Shown here piece after piece: positions 25,036 to 32,000 of a DNA stretch of 32,000 bases. The stretch lies in NCBI GenBank assembly GCA_029269845.2, contig CP149973.1, positions 810,001 through 842,000 on the forward strand, written 5' to 3'. The notes under the pieces are model-generated. The model saw only the letters and a program-made list of their open reading frames with translations. It had not been told where the DNA came from and ran no database searches. This DNA is from Opitutia bacterium KCR 482 (GTDB lineage Bacteria; Verrucomicrobiota; Verrucomicrobiia; Opitutales; Intestinicryptomonadaceae). Position 1 is the stretch's first letter, and each line of letters starts with the position of its first letter. Both the position numbers and the translations under genes were made by a program.

Positions 25036-26562
25036 ATGGAAAAAATATCCCACCCAATACTCTCCTGCGCCGACGCAAAACGGCTCGAAGCCGCCCTGCT
25101 CGGCGACTCCGATAACGCGTCCTTTGCCGCCATGCAAAAGGCGGGAACGGGTGTCGCGCGGGAATTTTTGCGCGAATTCGGCCCGCGACTGCCCTACTCC
25201 CCCAAACTGCTCGCATTCGTCGGAAGCGGACACAACGGCGGCGACGCCCTGATTGCGCTCTCCTCAATCGCGGAAAAATTCGCGTCGCCTAAAATCACCG
25301 TCATTTGCGGCGACACCGCAAAAATGAAGCCCAATACAAAAAAGGCTCTCAACGCGCTCGCAAAAAAATTTCCCGAACTCGAAATCGGCAGGGAAATCGA
25401 TACCGCGCGTGAGTTCGACCTCGCAATCGACGGCATTCTGGGAATGAGCTTCACGCCCCCGCTGAGGGAGTCTGCGGCGGAGAAAATCCGCGCGGCAAAC
25501 ACAGTCCGCGCCGGCATAAAAATTTCGATAGACATTCCCTCGGGCGCGGCGGATACTCCGCAGGAATGCGTGTTCCGCGCCGACGCAACATACGCCACGG
25601 GCATAGCAAAAGACGTTTTGTTCAAGCCGCATAACCGCGAATGCGCGGGCAGACTCAGATACGTCGATATCGGCTTTTTCGATGCCCCCACCGAATTCGA
25701 CGGCGCGGCAATCAGAATCGCCCGCCCCGATATTCTCCGCTTCGCAAACACTCTGCGCCCCGCACTCTCCGATAAACGCACATTCGGGCATCTGTTCATC
25801 GTAGCAGGCTCGCGCAAATATCCTGGGGCGGCAATGCTCGCAACACGCGCGGCGTTGCGCGCGGGCGCGGGACTCGTTTCAAGCTTCGTGCCAGAATCGC
25901 TCGCGCCCGCATTCGCGGCGGCGGAACCGTCCGCAATCTGGGTCGGGTGCCCCGAAGACGAATCGGGGGCTATCGCGCTCGACGCGCTCGGACTCGTGCG
26001 CGACAGATTCGGCGCGGCAAGCGCATTGCTCGCAGGCTGCGGACTTTCAGATTCGCCCGAAACGCAGGCACTCGTCGGCGAAATCCTGCGGCTCAACCCC
26101 GCACTGCCCGCAGTGCTCGACGCCGACGCAATACGCGAGCCGATAGTAAAAATCCTGCCGTCGCGCAACGCCCCCGCTTTGCTGACACCACACGAGGGGG
26201 AAATTCTGCGGCTCGCCCCCGACGCCTCCGATGCGTCATTGCTCGACGCATGCAAAAAATACGAATGCGCAATCGCATTGAAATCGGCGGCGACGAGAAT
26301 CTCCGACGGCAAGACAATCATAATCCAAACGCGCGGCTGCCCCGCCCTCGCCCGCGGGGGAAGCGGCGATATGCTCGCCGGAATTTCGGGAGCATTACTC
26401 GCAAACAAGTCGTTGAAAAACGACGCCATAAGGGCAGGCGCACAGGCATCAATGTGGCTCGGACTCGCCGCGGAAACGGCGACAACAGAACTCGGAGAAA
26501 CGGCTCTTGCCACAAGCGACCTCCACAAATACCTCCCACGCGCAATCTCCCCGCACAGATAG
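25036..26562 (+). CDS. nnr: Bifunctional NAD(P)H-hydrate repair enzyme (epimerase + ADP-dependent dehydratase)
   Basis: N-terminal YjeF_N-type motif FVGSGHNGGDAL. The C-terminal kinase-fold dehydratase carries GSRKYPGAAMLATRAALRAGAGLV and GGSGDMLAG. Confidence 0.88.
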   Translation: MEKISHPILSCADAKRLEAALLGDSDNASFAAMQKAGTGVAREFLREFGPRLPYSPKLLAFVGSGHNGGDALIALSSIAEKFASPKITVICGDTAKMKPNTKKALNALAKKFPELEIGREIDTAREFDLAIDGILGMSFTPPLRESAAEKIRAANTVRAGIKISIDIPSGAADTPQECVFRADATYATGIAKDVLFKPHNRECAGRLRYVDIGFFDAPTEFDGAAIRIARPDILRFANTLRPALSDKRTFGHLFIVAGSRKYPGAAMLATRAALRAGAGLVSSFVPESLAPAFAAAEPSAIWVGCPEDESGAIALDALGLVRDRFGAASALLAGCGLSDSPETQALVGEILRLNPALPAVLDADAIREPIVKILPSRNAPALLTPHEGEILRLAPDASDASLLDACKKYECAIALKSAATRISDGKTIIIQTRGCPALARGGSGDMLAGISGALLANKSLKNDAIRAGAQASMWLGLAAETATTELGETALATSDLHKYLPRAISPHR

Positions 26563-26652
26563 AAAACCGACCGCCCCCTCTCGATTGGAAAATTGAAAGG
26601 GCGGACAAGTCTTGCTTAAAACGGACGGCAAAACGCAAAAGCAACGGAAAGC

Positions 26653-26907
26653 CTAACCCTTGCAAACTTTGCAGGCAACACCCTCGTCTTTCGAGCAGGG
26701 TCGCCCCTTGCACTTGTAATAACGGCAAGACGAGTTATGCCGCTTGCCCGTTTTAGACAGCCAATAGCCGGTTTCCTTCTGCGCGGTTTGCCCGGAAGGC
26801 GGATAGGCGGCTTTGTCATTTTCCGCCGCTTCGACAAACGAAACAAAGAAGACCGAAACCGCCGAAAATAAAACCAAAAATATAAAACGCAAAAATCCTT
26901 TATTCAT
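26653..26907 (-). CDS. Small secreted/membrane-anchored Cys-rich protein (84 aa)
   Basis: Hydrophobic N-terminus FLRFIFLVLFSAVSVFFVSFVEA, then YWLSKTGKRHNSSCRYYKCKGRPCSKDEGVACKVCKG. As I recall, the YW..(S/T)GKRHNSSCRYY...C..C(G/K)G tail matches a widespread small-protein family (annotated in some databases as the sunset domain). Function unknown. Confidence 0.6.
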   Translation of the reverse strand: MNKGFLRFIFLVLFSAVSVFFVSFVEAAENDKAAYPPSGQTAQKETGYWLSKTGKRHNSSCRYYKCKGRPCSKDEGVACKVCKG

Positions 26908-26981
26908 AGTAAAGCAATCCTAATATTTTGAAATAAACAAGCAATAAAAAACACACAAATCACGCAAACATTTGTTATGTT

Positions 26982-28070
26982 TTATTTATTATTTTCGGAT
27001 AATATCTTCCTCATCTCGCCGTGAATATTCTTTGCAAGTTTTTCCGAAATCGAAACCTGTTTTGCAACTTCAACAATGTCGTCTATGCTCGGATTTCCCT
27101 TTCCGTTGACGGACGTCGTGTGCATGTCGTTGAACCCCGCGCTCGGCAGCATATCGTAGGCGGGCGACAATCTCCATTCGCCGTTTTTATATTGGAACGC
27201 GAAATTTTTCGAGTGGTCGTCTTTGTTGCCAATCAGAACATTGAAGACCATTCTGCGGAAGAGTTGCACAACCTGCGCTTGGTCTTTTGTGAGGTCTTTG
27301 CAAACAGTAAGCAAGTCGGCATAGTCGAGGCTCGGCAAGCGGTAGTGTGCGTTCAAAAGCCCCGACGCCGAAATTGTGTGAACACGCCCGTTCGGCGTTC
27401 TGTCGAAACGTTCAACCGCAAAATATTTGCCGTTTACCAAAAGCGTTTCGGGCATTTCGATTCGGCATTTATTTGCAAGCAACGAATACCTGTATTCGAT
27501 TTCCCCGATATTTTTCGGGTCGAAGCTCGACCTAAATTTTACGAGCCATTCTCGTCCGTCAATTTTCGCAAACACTTTCGGACACGCACCGCCCGACGAA
27601 CCGCCGTTCTTGTAAAGCTCTTCAAGCGAATGCGCGTCGATTTTCCTCTCTTCGAGGATTTTTTTACACTCCGACGAAATCTTGTCGAAATCCTTAAAAT
27701 GGCTGTCGGCAATAAAACTGTTGTCAGGACGGTATTCCAACGCCCCGCGTCCGTTCGAGCCAATCAGCGACAGTTTGTCCAAGATTGTGAGCTTCGACAA
27801 CTCTTTGCCTTGCTCTTTCAGGAATCTGTCGAGCAACAAACTTCCCCAACCGTCTGGAAGCGAATCGTCAAATACGCCGAAATTCCCGTCAAAAGGATCG
27901 CGCTCGGCTACAAAAACTTTCTTTTGAAGCGGCAGAACATACGGCGAAATAGAAAAGCCTCTTTCGAGAAACTTTGAGTCATACTCAAACGCACATAGCC
28001 CCTCGGAAATCAGCGCAATACGCCCCACAAGCGAACTACCAAGCCAGACTTCAACAAGCCCCTTATCCAT
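26982..28070 (-). CDS. hipA: HipA-family serine/threonine kinase toxin
   Basis: N-terminal coupling domain (VEVWLGSSLVGRIAL...FEYDSKFLERGFSISPYVLPL) and catalytic region IGNKDDHSKNFAF ... LSPAYDMLP. 362 aa, with an 8-nt overlap of the upstream HTH gene. Confidence 0.88.
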   Translation of the reverse strand: MDKGLVEVWLGSSLVGRIALISEGLCAFEYDSKFLERGFSISPYVLPLQKKVFVAERDPFDGNFGVFDDSLPDGWGSLLLDRFLKEQGKELSKLTILDKLSLIGSNGRGALEYRPDNSFIADSHFKDFDKISSECKKILEERKIDAHSLEELYKNGGSSGGACPKVFAKIDGREWLVKFRSSFDPKNIGEIEYRYSLLANKCRIEMPETLLVNGKYFAVERFDRTPNGRVHTISASGLLNAHYRLPSLDYADLLTVCKDLTKDQAQVVQLFRRMVFNVLIGNKDDHSKNFAFQYKNGEWRLSPAYDMLPSAGFNDMHTTSVNGKGNPSIDDIVEVAKQVSISEKLAKNIHGEMRKILSENNK

Positions 28071-28332
28071 TTTTCGACGCCCTTTTTCTTTTCGATTTTT
28101 CGCTCAGCACTTCTTCAATCGAAGAATATTCGCGCTTCGTGAAGAGATTTTTTATATCGCCCGCAAGGTCGAAAAACTTGGCGATTTCAACCAACTTGCG
28201 GAAAGAAATCTCGCCCGTAGTTTCAAATCGCCTGTATGTCGGCAACGCAATCCCGACACGCAATGCAAAATCTTTCTGCGAAATATTCCGCGCCAACCTC
28301 ATTGCGCGAACATTCCCCGCCACCGCCTTCAT
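28063..28332 (-). CDS. hipB: XRE-family helix-turn-helix antitoxin (HipB-like)
   Basis: MKAVAGNVRAMRLARNISQKDFALRVGIALPTYRRFE is a typical XRE HTH. Start set at ATG 28332 rather than 28425 because 28371-28422 holds two AT-rich palindromes better read as operators. Overlaps the hipA start. Confidence 0.75.
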   Translation of the reverse strand: MKAVAGNVRAMRLARNISQKDFALRVGIALPTYRRFETTGEISFRKLVEIAKFFDLAGDIKNLFTKREYSSIEEVLSEKSKRKRASKNG

Positions 28333-28370
28333 AATCTCCGAAGCCGTCGCGTTTCTATTACGCACAACAG

Positions 28371-28422
28371 ATAATATATTATTACTCACTTGCCTATTAC
28401 GCTGTAAATAACAATATATTAT
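28371..28422. promoter_or_regulatory. Pair of AT-rich palindromes upstream of hipBA (candidate operators)
   Basis: ATAATATATTAT (28371-28382, perfect 12-nt palindrome) and ACAATATATTAT (28411-28422, 11/12 identical), centres 40 bp apart. On the coding strand they flank TTTACA-N18-TAATAA. Confidence 0.45.
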
Positions 28423-28469
28423 CAATAAAATGCCAAGAGAATTTGTATATAAAGAGCTTTATAATTCAA

Positions 28470-29117
28470 CTATTGCCCGCATTCCACCTCTTTCCTGAGG
28501 TCGTCTAAAATTTTGCCGTTGTAGGAAAAGAATTTTGCCCCCTGATACGCGCCCGATGTGTTGCGCCTATCGGCGGGCATAAAAGTTCCGACAAACGGCG
28601 AAAGCTTGTAAATGCGCCCGTCGTATTCAACAGTGTCGTCGCTTGCTACCGTAACGACAGTTCCCGTCGGAATGAACGTGATTTTCTCGCCGATTTTTAT
28701 GCCGACCATACTGAACTTGAACCTTCCTCGCCTTGCATGCGGACATTCGTCGGAGCCATCGCCCGCCGAATCCGAGTCCTCTTTTTTGTATTCGATAAGC
28801 TCGGCGTCTTCCACTGCCGAAGCGATGTCTTTGAAAATGTCGAACGCGACTTGCGGCGGAACGTTAAAAAATTCGCGATTCTGGCGTATGCGCAAATGCG
28901 TTAAACGATCTATTGTTTTATGTACAAGCTTTTCAACCTCGTTGTATTTTGATGTCTTTATCGCGGCATAAATTTCAAACGGCAACGGAACGGCTGTGTT
29001 ATCCAGTTCTTTCGAGCGGACATCTACAGGGCGGGCAGATTTGCCAATTTTCACCCAATCCTCCTTGAAACTCGGATTGGTCAAAATATATACATATCCA
29101 ACTTTTGCCTCTGCCAT
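28470..29117 (-). CDS. T5orf172 / GIY-YIG-superfamily domain protein with C-terminal beta-rich domain
   Basis: N-terminus GYVYILTNPSFKEDWVKIGKSARPVDVRSKELDNTAVPLPFEIYAAIKTSKYNEVEKLVHKTI fits the T5orf172 (MUG113) pattern. The C-terminal ~85 aa (FKFSMVGIKIGEKITFIPTGTVVTVASDDTVEYDGRIYKLSPF...) looks like the small domain often fused to such proteins (DUF4357-like; uncertain). Confidence 0.7.
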   Translation of the reverse strand: MAEAKVGYVYILTNPSFKEDWVKIGKSARPVDVRSKELDNTAVPLPFEIYAAIKTSKYNEVEKLVHKTIDRLTHLRIRQNREFFNVPPQVAFDIFKDIASAVEDAELIEYKKEDSDSAGDGSDECPHARRGRFKFSMVGIKIGEKITFIPTGTVVTVASDDTVEYDGRIYKLSPFVGTFMPADRRNTSGAYQGAKFFSYNGKILDDLRKEVECGQ

Positions 29118-29368
29118 ATTTTATCCGTTTTTATTGTTCTAATTTTATGCACTTTCCTGCTCTTCCATATCGCTATTGTCTGTCCACATTTCGCACTGAG
29201 CAATAACGGTATATAGGGCTTATTTCCGCGCAACGTATTCGCCGCACGACATATATCCTACATTAGGAACAAATAGAACATGTGTAATTACGAGCAACTT
29301 GCGTAATTTTTTCCCAGTGGTAAGGCAATCCCTTACCATTTCGCTTTTTTGACAGGAAAGGAGTTTGC

Positions 29369-30529
29369 ATGAAGAACAGATCACCTTCCTTTCCAAAAAA
29401 AGTTGCTGAAAAAAACCGCGAGCGCTGGGTCGTTTACTATTTCGACACCGAAAAGCAAAAACGATGGGCGCGCAGGTTTTCAACCCAAGCCGAAGCCCTC
29501 GAATTTTTCCGAGAGAAAAACATTTACGACGAAAAGCTCGGCGTCGAAGCCGACAGGATTTCGCCAAACGACAGGCGCGAACTGGTCGAGGCAAAGATGC
29601 TGCTTTCCCCTTTGCGGGTGTCGCTTACAAACGCCGTCCTCACCTACGTGAAGCTTACGAATGATTTGCAGTCGCTCGGAATCAGCCTAAGCCAAGCCAT
29701 AGAGGAGTACAAATCGCTCGCAAAGCTAAAGGAACGCTCCGCAAGGTTGGACTTCGCAATCGACAAATACTGCTATACGCTCTTGAAAAAGGAGCTGTCG
29801 AGCGAATATGTAACAGGGGTCGAGCGCACTCTTGCCCGCTTCATGGGCGATTTCGGCAAGGAGCGGATAGTCTCGCTTATAACTGGCAGGGAAATCTTCC
29901 AATGGCTCATAAACCTCAAAAAGCGCGAATACGACGACAGCGACACGCTGACAGTTGACGGACGCCCCATGAAGGTTTTCAAGGAAACGCAGAAAGACTT
30001 GGGGATTTATTCGAGAAACGAATACAGGCGCACGCTCTATTCCTTTTTCAAATTTTGCAAGATGCAGGACTGGCTCGACGTCAACCCCGTTGAGAAAGTG
30101 GAAAGCTGGCGAGCAAGGGGCAGAACGCCCGGAATATTCACGCCCGAAGAAGTGCGAAAAATTCTAAACTCCACGCCGCCGCAAAGCGAAATCCGCGCAT
30201 TTACAGCCATAGCCGCCTTTACAGGAATACGCAACGCCGAGCTAAAAAGGCTGACTTGGGACAAAATAAGGCTCGACGACCGAGAAATCATACTCGACAG
30301 CGAAATTACAAAAACGGCGTCGCGCAGAATCGTAAAGATTCCAGAAAACTTGGCGAAATGGCTCGAACCGTACGTCTGGGATCTCGGCACGAAGAAAAAG
30401 ATTCTTACAAGGCGAAAAGTTCCAGTGTTAAAAAAGCTGCACGAGAGCCTCGGCAAAGGCAACTGGATAAAGAACGGCCTGCGCCATTCAGCGGCGACCT
30501 ACTACCTCGCTCTGACAAAGAACGCATAA
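29369..30529 (+). pseudogene. Tyrosine recombinase/integrase, apparently truncated before the catalytic Tyr
   Basis: AAAGGAG lies 5 nt upstream of the ATG. Box I Arg context is AAFTGIRNAELKRLTWDKI and box II is GLRHSAATYYL. The ORF stops only 13 aa after the RH, whereas the nucleophilic Tyr of this family normally lies ~30 aa downstream. The stop coincides with an abrupt G+C drop. Confidence 0.6.
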
Positions 30530-30533
30530 CTCG

Positions 30534-31619
30534 TTGCCACCCTTGCCACCTTCTTTTGATGTCGAAACAAAAGATGTTTTAAAGGCATGTTTAGAAGCAA
30601 CCAGATCATTAGCCGAACTGAAAGGGATTGGAAGTATTCTTCCTGATCAGTCTATATTGATAAATTCAATACCATTACAAGAAGCAAAATTAAGCTCAGA
30701 AATTGAAAATATAGTCACAACTCAAGACAAGCTATTCCACGCTAATTTGATAAATGAGAGTAATATTATAAAAGAATCTTCTTATAGCGAAGATAAAATA
30801 GACCCTGCGACAAAGGAGGTCATAAAATACAGAACTGCATTAAAATACGGTTACGATGAAATAAGACTACGTAAAAGACCGTTTGATTTAAGATTGATTA
30901 GAGACATTTGCTCTATCTTAAGAGGGAAAAGTGTAGATTTTAGAGATTATGGATCTAATGTTGCTCTCGCAAATCCTTATACGCAGGAACGAAGATATAC
31001 TCCGCCAGAAGGTGGAGTCGTTCTAAAGAATAAACTTGATGATTTAGAAAAATATATATTCGAATATAACGAACATGATCCATTAATAAAAATGGCGTTA
31101 ATACATTACCAATTTGAAAGTATTCACCCTTTTGATGACGGAAATGGAAGAACGGGTAGGATTATGAATATTCTATACCTTGTACACGCAGGATTGTTAG
31201 GTATTCCAGTTTTATATCTAAGTAAATATTTGATAGAAAATAAAAACGAATATTATAAGAAGCTGCGCTTAGTTACTGAAAATTCAGAATGGGAATCATG
31301 GGTTCTGTATATGTTAAAAGGCGTCGCCGAAACTGCCCAGATAACAACGAACCGTATAAAACAAATATCTACCCTTTTTTCAGAAATAAGCGATGAAGTT
31401 AAACAAAAAGCTCCCAAAATATATTCTAAGGATCTAATAGAGTCTATATTTAAGCAAGCATATACAAAGGTTTCTTTTCTTGTTCACGACAATATTGCAA
31501 AAAGGCAAACTGCGTCTATATATCTTCAAGAGCTTTCCGCTTTAGGGATATTGGAAGAAATAAAGATAGGCAGAGAAAAAGTATATATAAATTCAAGACT
31601 TGTAGATCTGTTAAGATAA
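30534..31619 (+). CDS. Fic-family protein (class II, N-terminal inhibitory motif), 5' end possibly truncated
   Basis: Active site HPFDDGNGRTGR (HxFx[D/E]GNGRxxR). The Fic_N-type N-terminus LPPLPPSFDVETKDVLKACLEATRSLAELKG and SSEIEN match the (S/T)xxxE(G/N) inhibitory helix. There is no ATG: the frame opens at 30516 and the only start candidate is TTG 30534. Homologues as I recall carry ~15-20 more N-terminal residues. Confidence 0.8.
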   Translation: MPPLPPSFDVETKDVLKACLEATRSLAELKGIGSILPDQSILINSIPLQEAKLSSEIENIVTTQDKLFHANLINESNIIKESSYSEDKIDPATKEVIKYRTALKYGYDEIRLRKRPFDLRLIRDICSILRGKSVDFRDYGSNVALANPYTQERRYTPPEGGVVLKNKLDDLEKYIFEYNEHDPLIKMALIHYQFESIHPFDDGNGRTGRIMNILYLVHAGLLGIPVLYLSKYLIENKNEYYKKLRLVTENSEWESWVLYMLKGVAETAQITTNRIKQISTLFSEISDEVKQKAPKIYSKDLIESIFKQAYTKVSFLVHDNIAKRQTASIYLQELSALGILEEIKIGREKVYINSRLVDLLR

Positions 31620-31654
31620 TTCATGTCGATTTTTTTAAAAAAATCGACATGAAT
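31619..31654. terminator. 36-bp perfect palindrome immediately after the Fic stop (probable bidirectional terminator)
   Basis: ATTCATGTCGATTTTTTT / AAAAAAATCGACATGAAT: 18-nt arms with no spacer, and T/A runs at the centre. It starts at the last base of the TAA stop. Confidence 0.55.
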
Positions 31655-32000
31655 GTATGATATGTCGATTCGATAAACATATCGAAAAACTTTACTTTGA
31701 TTCTTTTTGAACATTAGATACTTATCTATTTACCAGATGGTATTTTTTTAGGGTCAAGCGCATAATCCATTTATTTTTTAATCCCATTACCATTTGATAA
31801 TAGCCTATTTGAGAATTTTTATTTGGCTGTTTTTTAATAAGACAAATAAAGGCTCTGAAAAACGGAACGCATGGCAAATTTTGCGGAAAATGGAAGTTTA
31901 TATCTTGGAATTCCATTTGTATAACCAGTGTTACATCCTACCCCAAGCAATTTTTGCCAAATTTTTTTGCGCCATATAATCCAAAATCGACACACTTTTA

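Noticed and set aside
25194-26528. 444-aa minus-strand ORF opposite nnr
   Set aside because: Ser/Ala-rich shadow ORF. The plus strand carries clear YjeF_N and dehydratase motifs.
26563-26652. tRNA/tmRNA or direct repeat marking the left border of the accessory island
   Set aside because: I found only a weak hairpin (CCGCCC...GGGCGG). There is no cloverleaf-compatible sequence, and no match to sequence near the integrase end. The island border remains undefined.
31722-31916. 64-aa minus-strand and 61-aa plus-strand ORFs in the AT-rich tail
   Set aside because: They are short, with no RBS or family signal. In DNA this AT-rich, ORFs of this length are not compelling, so they are left unannotated.

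Overview
Bacterial chromosomal window, G+C-rich by eye (about 60%) except for the last ~5 kb. The taxon cannot be assigned from sequence alone; weak Shine-Dalgarno usage and many signal-peptide proteins would fit a PVC/Lentisphaerae-like organism, but that is a guess.

Content, left to right:
- 3' part of a six-hairpin glycoside hydrolase, a small secreted protein, a secreted FAD-dependent oxidoreductase, and a P1B heavy-metal ATPase.
- 5.55-13.22 kb: a compact, same-strand, 10-ORF phage-derived structural cluster. It has a DUF935/Mu gp29-like portal, a Mu gpI-like protease/scaffold, a DUF2190-like decoration protein, a major capsid protein, two neck/adaptor proteins and four unknowns. I could recognise no terminase, integrase, replication, lysis or tape-measure gene. 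It is bracketed by a 93-bp imperfect direct repeat with a 35-bp perfect core.
- A ~440-bp non-coding stretch with a strong terminator and two degenerate tandem ~158-bp units.
- A DEAD-box helicase, a large secreted unknown, thiL, a CPBP protease, pyrC-pyrB, trkA-trkH and pdxJ-acpS-nnr.
- A lower-G+C accessory island from ~26.6 kb to the window end: a small Cys-rich secreted protein, a hipBA-type toxin-antitoxin pair, a T5orf172/GIY-YIG protein, and a tyrosine integrase lacking its catalytic-Tyr C-terminus. Beyond an abrupt composition break at ~30.53 kb lies a very AT-rich segment with a class-II Fic protein.

The most interesting object is the repeat-bounded, terminase-less capsid/neck cluster. 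No rRNA, tRNA or CRISPR array was recognised. All family assignments are by eye from motifs and need HMM or structure confirmation.
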